Shown here: positions 63,162 through 64,000 of the stretch, one piece after another | How the letters are laid out: every line of letters begins with the position of its first letter | Position numbering within the stretch: position 1 is the first letter of the stretch | Assembly (NCBI RefSeq): GCF_030144855.1 | Contig: NC_082732.1 | Coordinates: forward strand, 26,350,001-26,414,000 | Direction: 5' to 3' | Source: Hypanus sabinus | Lineage: Eukaryota | Length of the DNA: 64,000 nucleotides | Notes under the pieces: generated by a model | Told to the model about the DNA's origin: nothing | Databases searched by the model: none | The model's input: only the letters and a program-made list of their open reading frames with translations | Position numbers and translations under genes: made by a program

Positions 63162-63189
63162 ATGCCGCGATCCCGGCGTGACAAACGAG
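63162..63189 (+). CDS. MRTO4: MRTO4 exon 1 (ribosome maturation factor MRT4)
   Basis: gccgccATG Kozak; MPRSRRDKR; donor gtaaga; 28 nt. Confidence 0.93.
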
Positions 63190-63319
63190 GTAAGAGCGGG
63201 GCCCGCCTGACGGACAGTTTATCAGAATCCCAAAGTTTCAACAAAACCAGAGCTGGAGGCTCAGAGCCTGGGTTCTGTTAAATGCATCCATTAACTTGGG
63301 ACTATACTTATTTCTCCAG

Positions 63320-63378
63320 TTTCCTTGACTAAAACGACGAAGAAAGGATTACAGATCAAACAAAGCTTAATCGAGGAG
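63320..63378 (+). CDS. MRTO4: MRTO4 exon 2; gene continues beyond the window
   Basis: VSLTKTTKKGLQIKQSLIEE; ctccag / gtgagt; 59 nt. Confidence 0.93.
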
Positions 63379-63649
63379 GTGAGTCTACAATTAATTCATA
63401 CCGAACGAAGCAATCTGTCAGCACTCTCCAATTGTATTTTTAACAGAAAAGGTGCCGGAGAAATTCAGCAGGTTAGGTAGTAACTACAAAGAGATGATCT
63501 GCCGAACTTTCGAGTCAAGGCTTCTAATCTACTCGTCCTCTGTCGTTTAGATCCCTGCATTTTCTGTGTCCATGCTTTTGCTGAATCCATCCCATGGAAA
63601 TTGCTTACCTTCTACCACTCGCCCTTTCCACTGATTACAGAAACAAATT

Positions 63650-64000
63650 TAGATGTAAGAGGGGAAATTGGCTATTCAGCCCATCGACTCCATAATTCGA
63701 TCATTGCTGATTTATTTTCTCTCTTAATCCTATTCCCCTGTCTTCTCCCTATAACCTTTGACACCATTAGTAGTCATCCTCCACTTTAAATGTACCCAGA
63801 TAGTTGGTTGACACAGCTGTCTGTGGCAATCAATTCCACAGACTTACCCCCTTCTGACTAAAGAAATTCCTCCCTATTTCTGTTTTAAATGGATGCCCTT
63901 GTACCCTGAGGCTGTCCCCTCTGGTCCTAGACTTCCCCCCACTATTGGAAACATCCTCTCCACATCCACTCTATCTTGGTCTTCCAATATTCAGTAGGTT
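63650..64000 (-). mobile_element. CR1 LINE 3' end in MRTO4 intron 2
   Basis: ggctattcagcccatcga..ctgtggcaatcaattccacaga..aaagaaattcctcc. Confidence 0.75.

Larger units (their letters stand above)
62370..63240. promoter_or_regulatory. CpG island / bidirectional promoter EMC1-MRTO4
   Basis: Divergent ATGs about 515 bp apart, CpG-rich, E-box CACGTG at 62695-62700. Confidence 0.8.

Noticed and set aside
62885-63244. 119-aa minus-strand ORF and other GC-rich ORFs around 62.2-63.2 kb and 24.5-24.9 kb
   Set aside because: By-products of CpG-island composition overlapping real first exons; no recognisable homology.

Overview
Eukaryotic (vertebrate) genomic DNA. The repeat content (HE1/V-type SINE, Rex1/Babar and CR1 LINEs, Penelope elements) suggests a cartilaginous fish, possibly a ray; this is inference. 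The window holds the syntenic block UBR4-EMC1-MRTO4. It contains the first 7 coding exons of UBR4 (minus strand, running off the left edge) and a complete EMC1 gene (minus strand, 22 constitutive coding exons, 2886 nt, 961 aa). The first 2 coding exons of MRTO4 are on the plus strand, head-to-head with EMC1 on a shared CpG island. All exon borders I read are GT-AG and the phases join into open frames. Introns are filled with decayed LINEs, SINEs, Tc1/Tigger/hAT DNA elements, two solo LTRs and Penelope-like elements. Highlights: (1) a Gypsy LTR retroelement whose open pol frame runs into an intron-less myosin heavy-chain (MYH16-like) coiled-coil fragment where integrase would be, i.e. apparent host mRNA capture; (2) a 9-nt in-frame EMC1 microexon with SRRM4/RBFOX-type flanking motifs; (3) an inverted Penelope insertion with a 14-bp TSD and an intact minimal hammerhead ribozyme core; (4) a Penelope-derived palindrome in the UBR4 promoter; (5) a 457-bp 5'+3' mini-LINE with a 13-bp TSD. 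Protein and repeat-family identities come from recalled sequences, not database searches, and repeat borders lacking TSDs are approximate. Most ORFs in the supplied track are spurious or repeat-derived.
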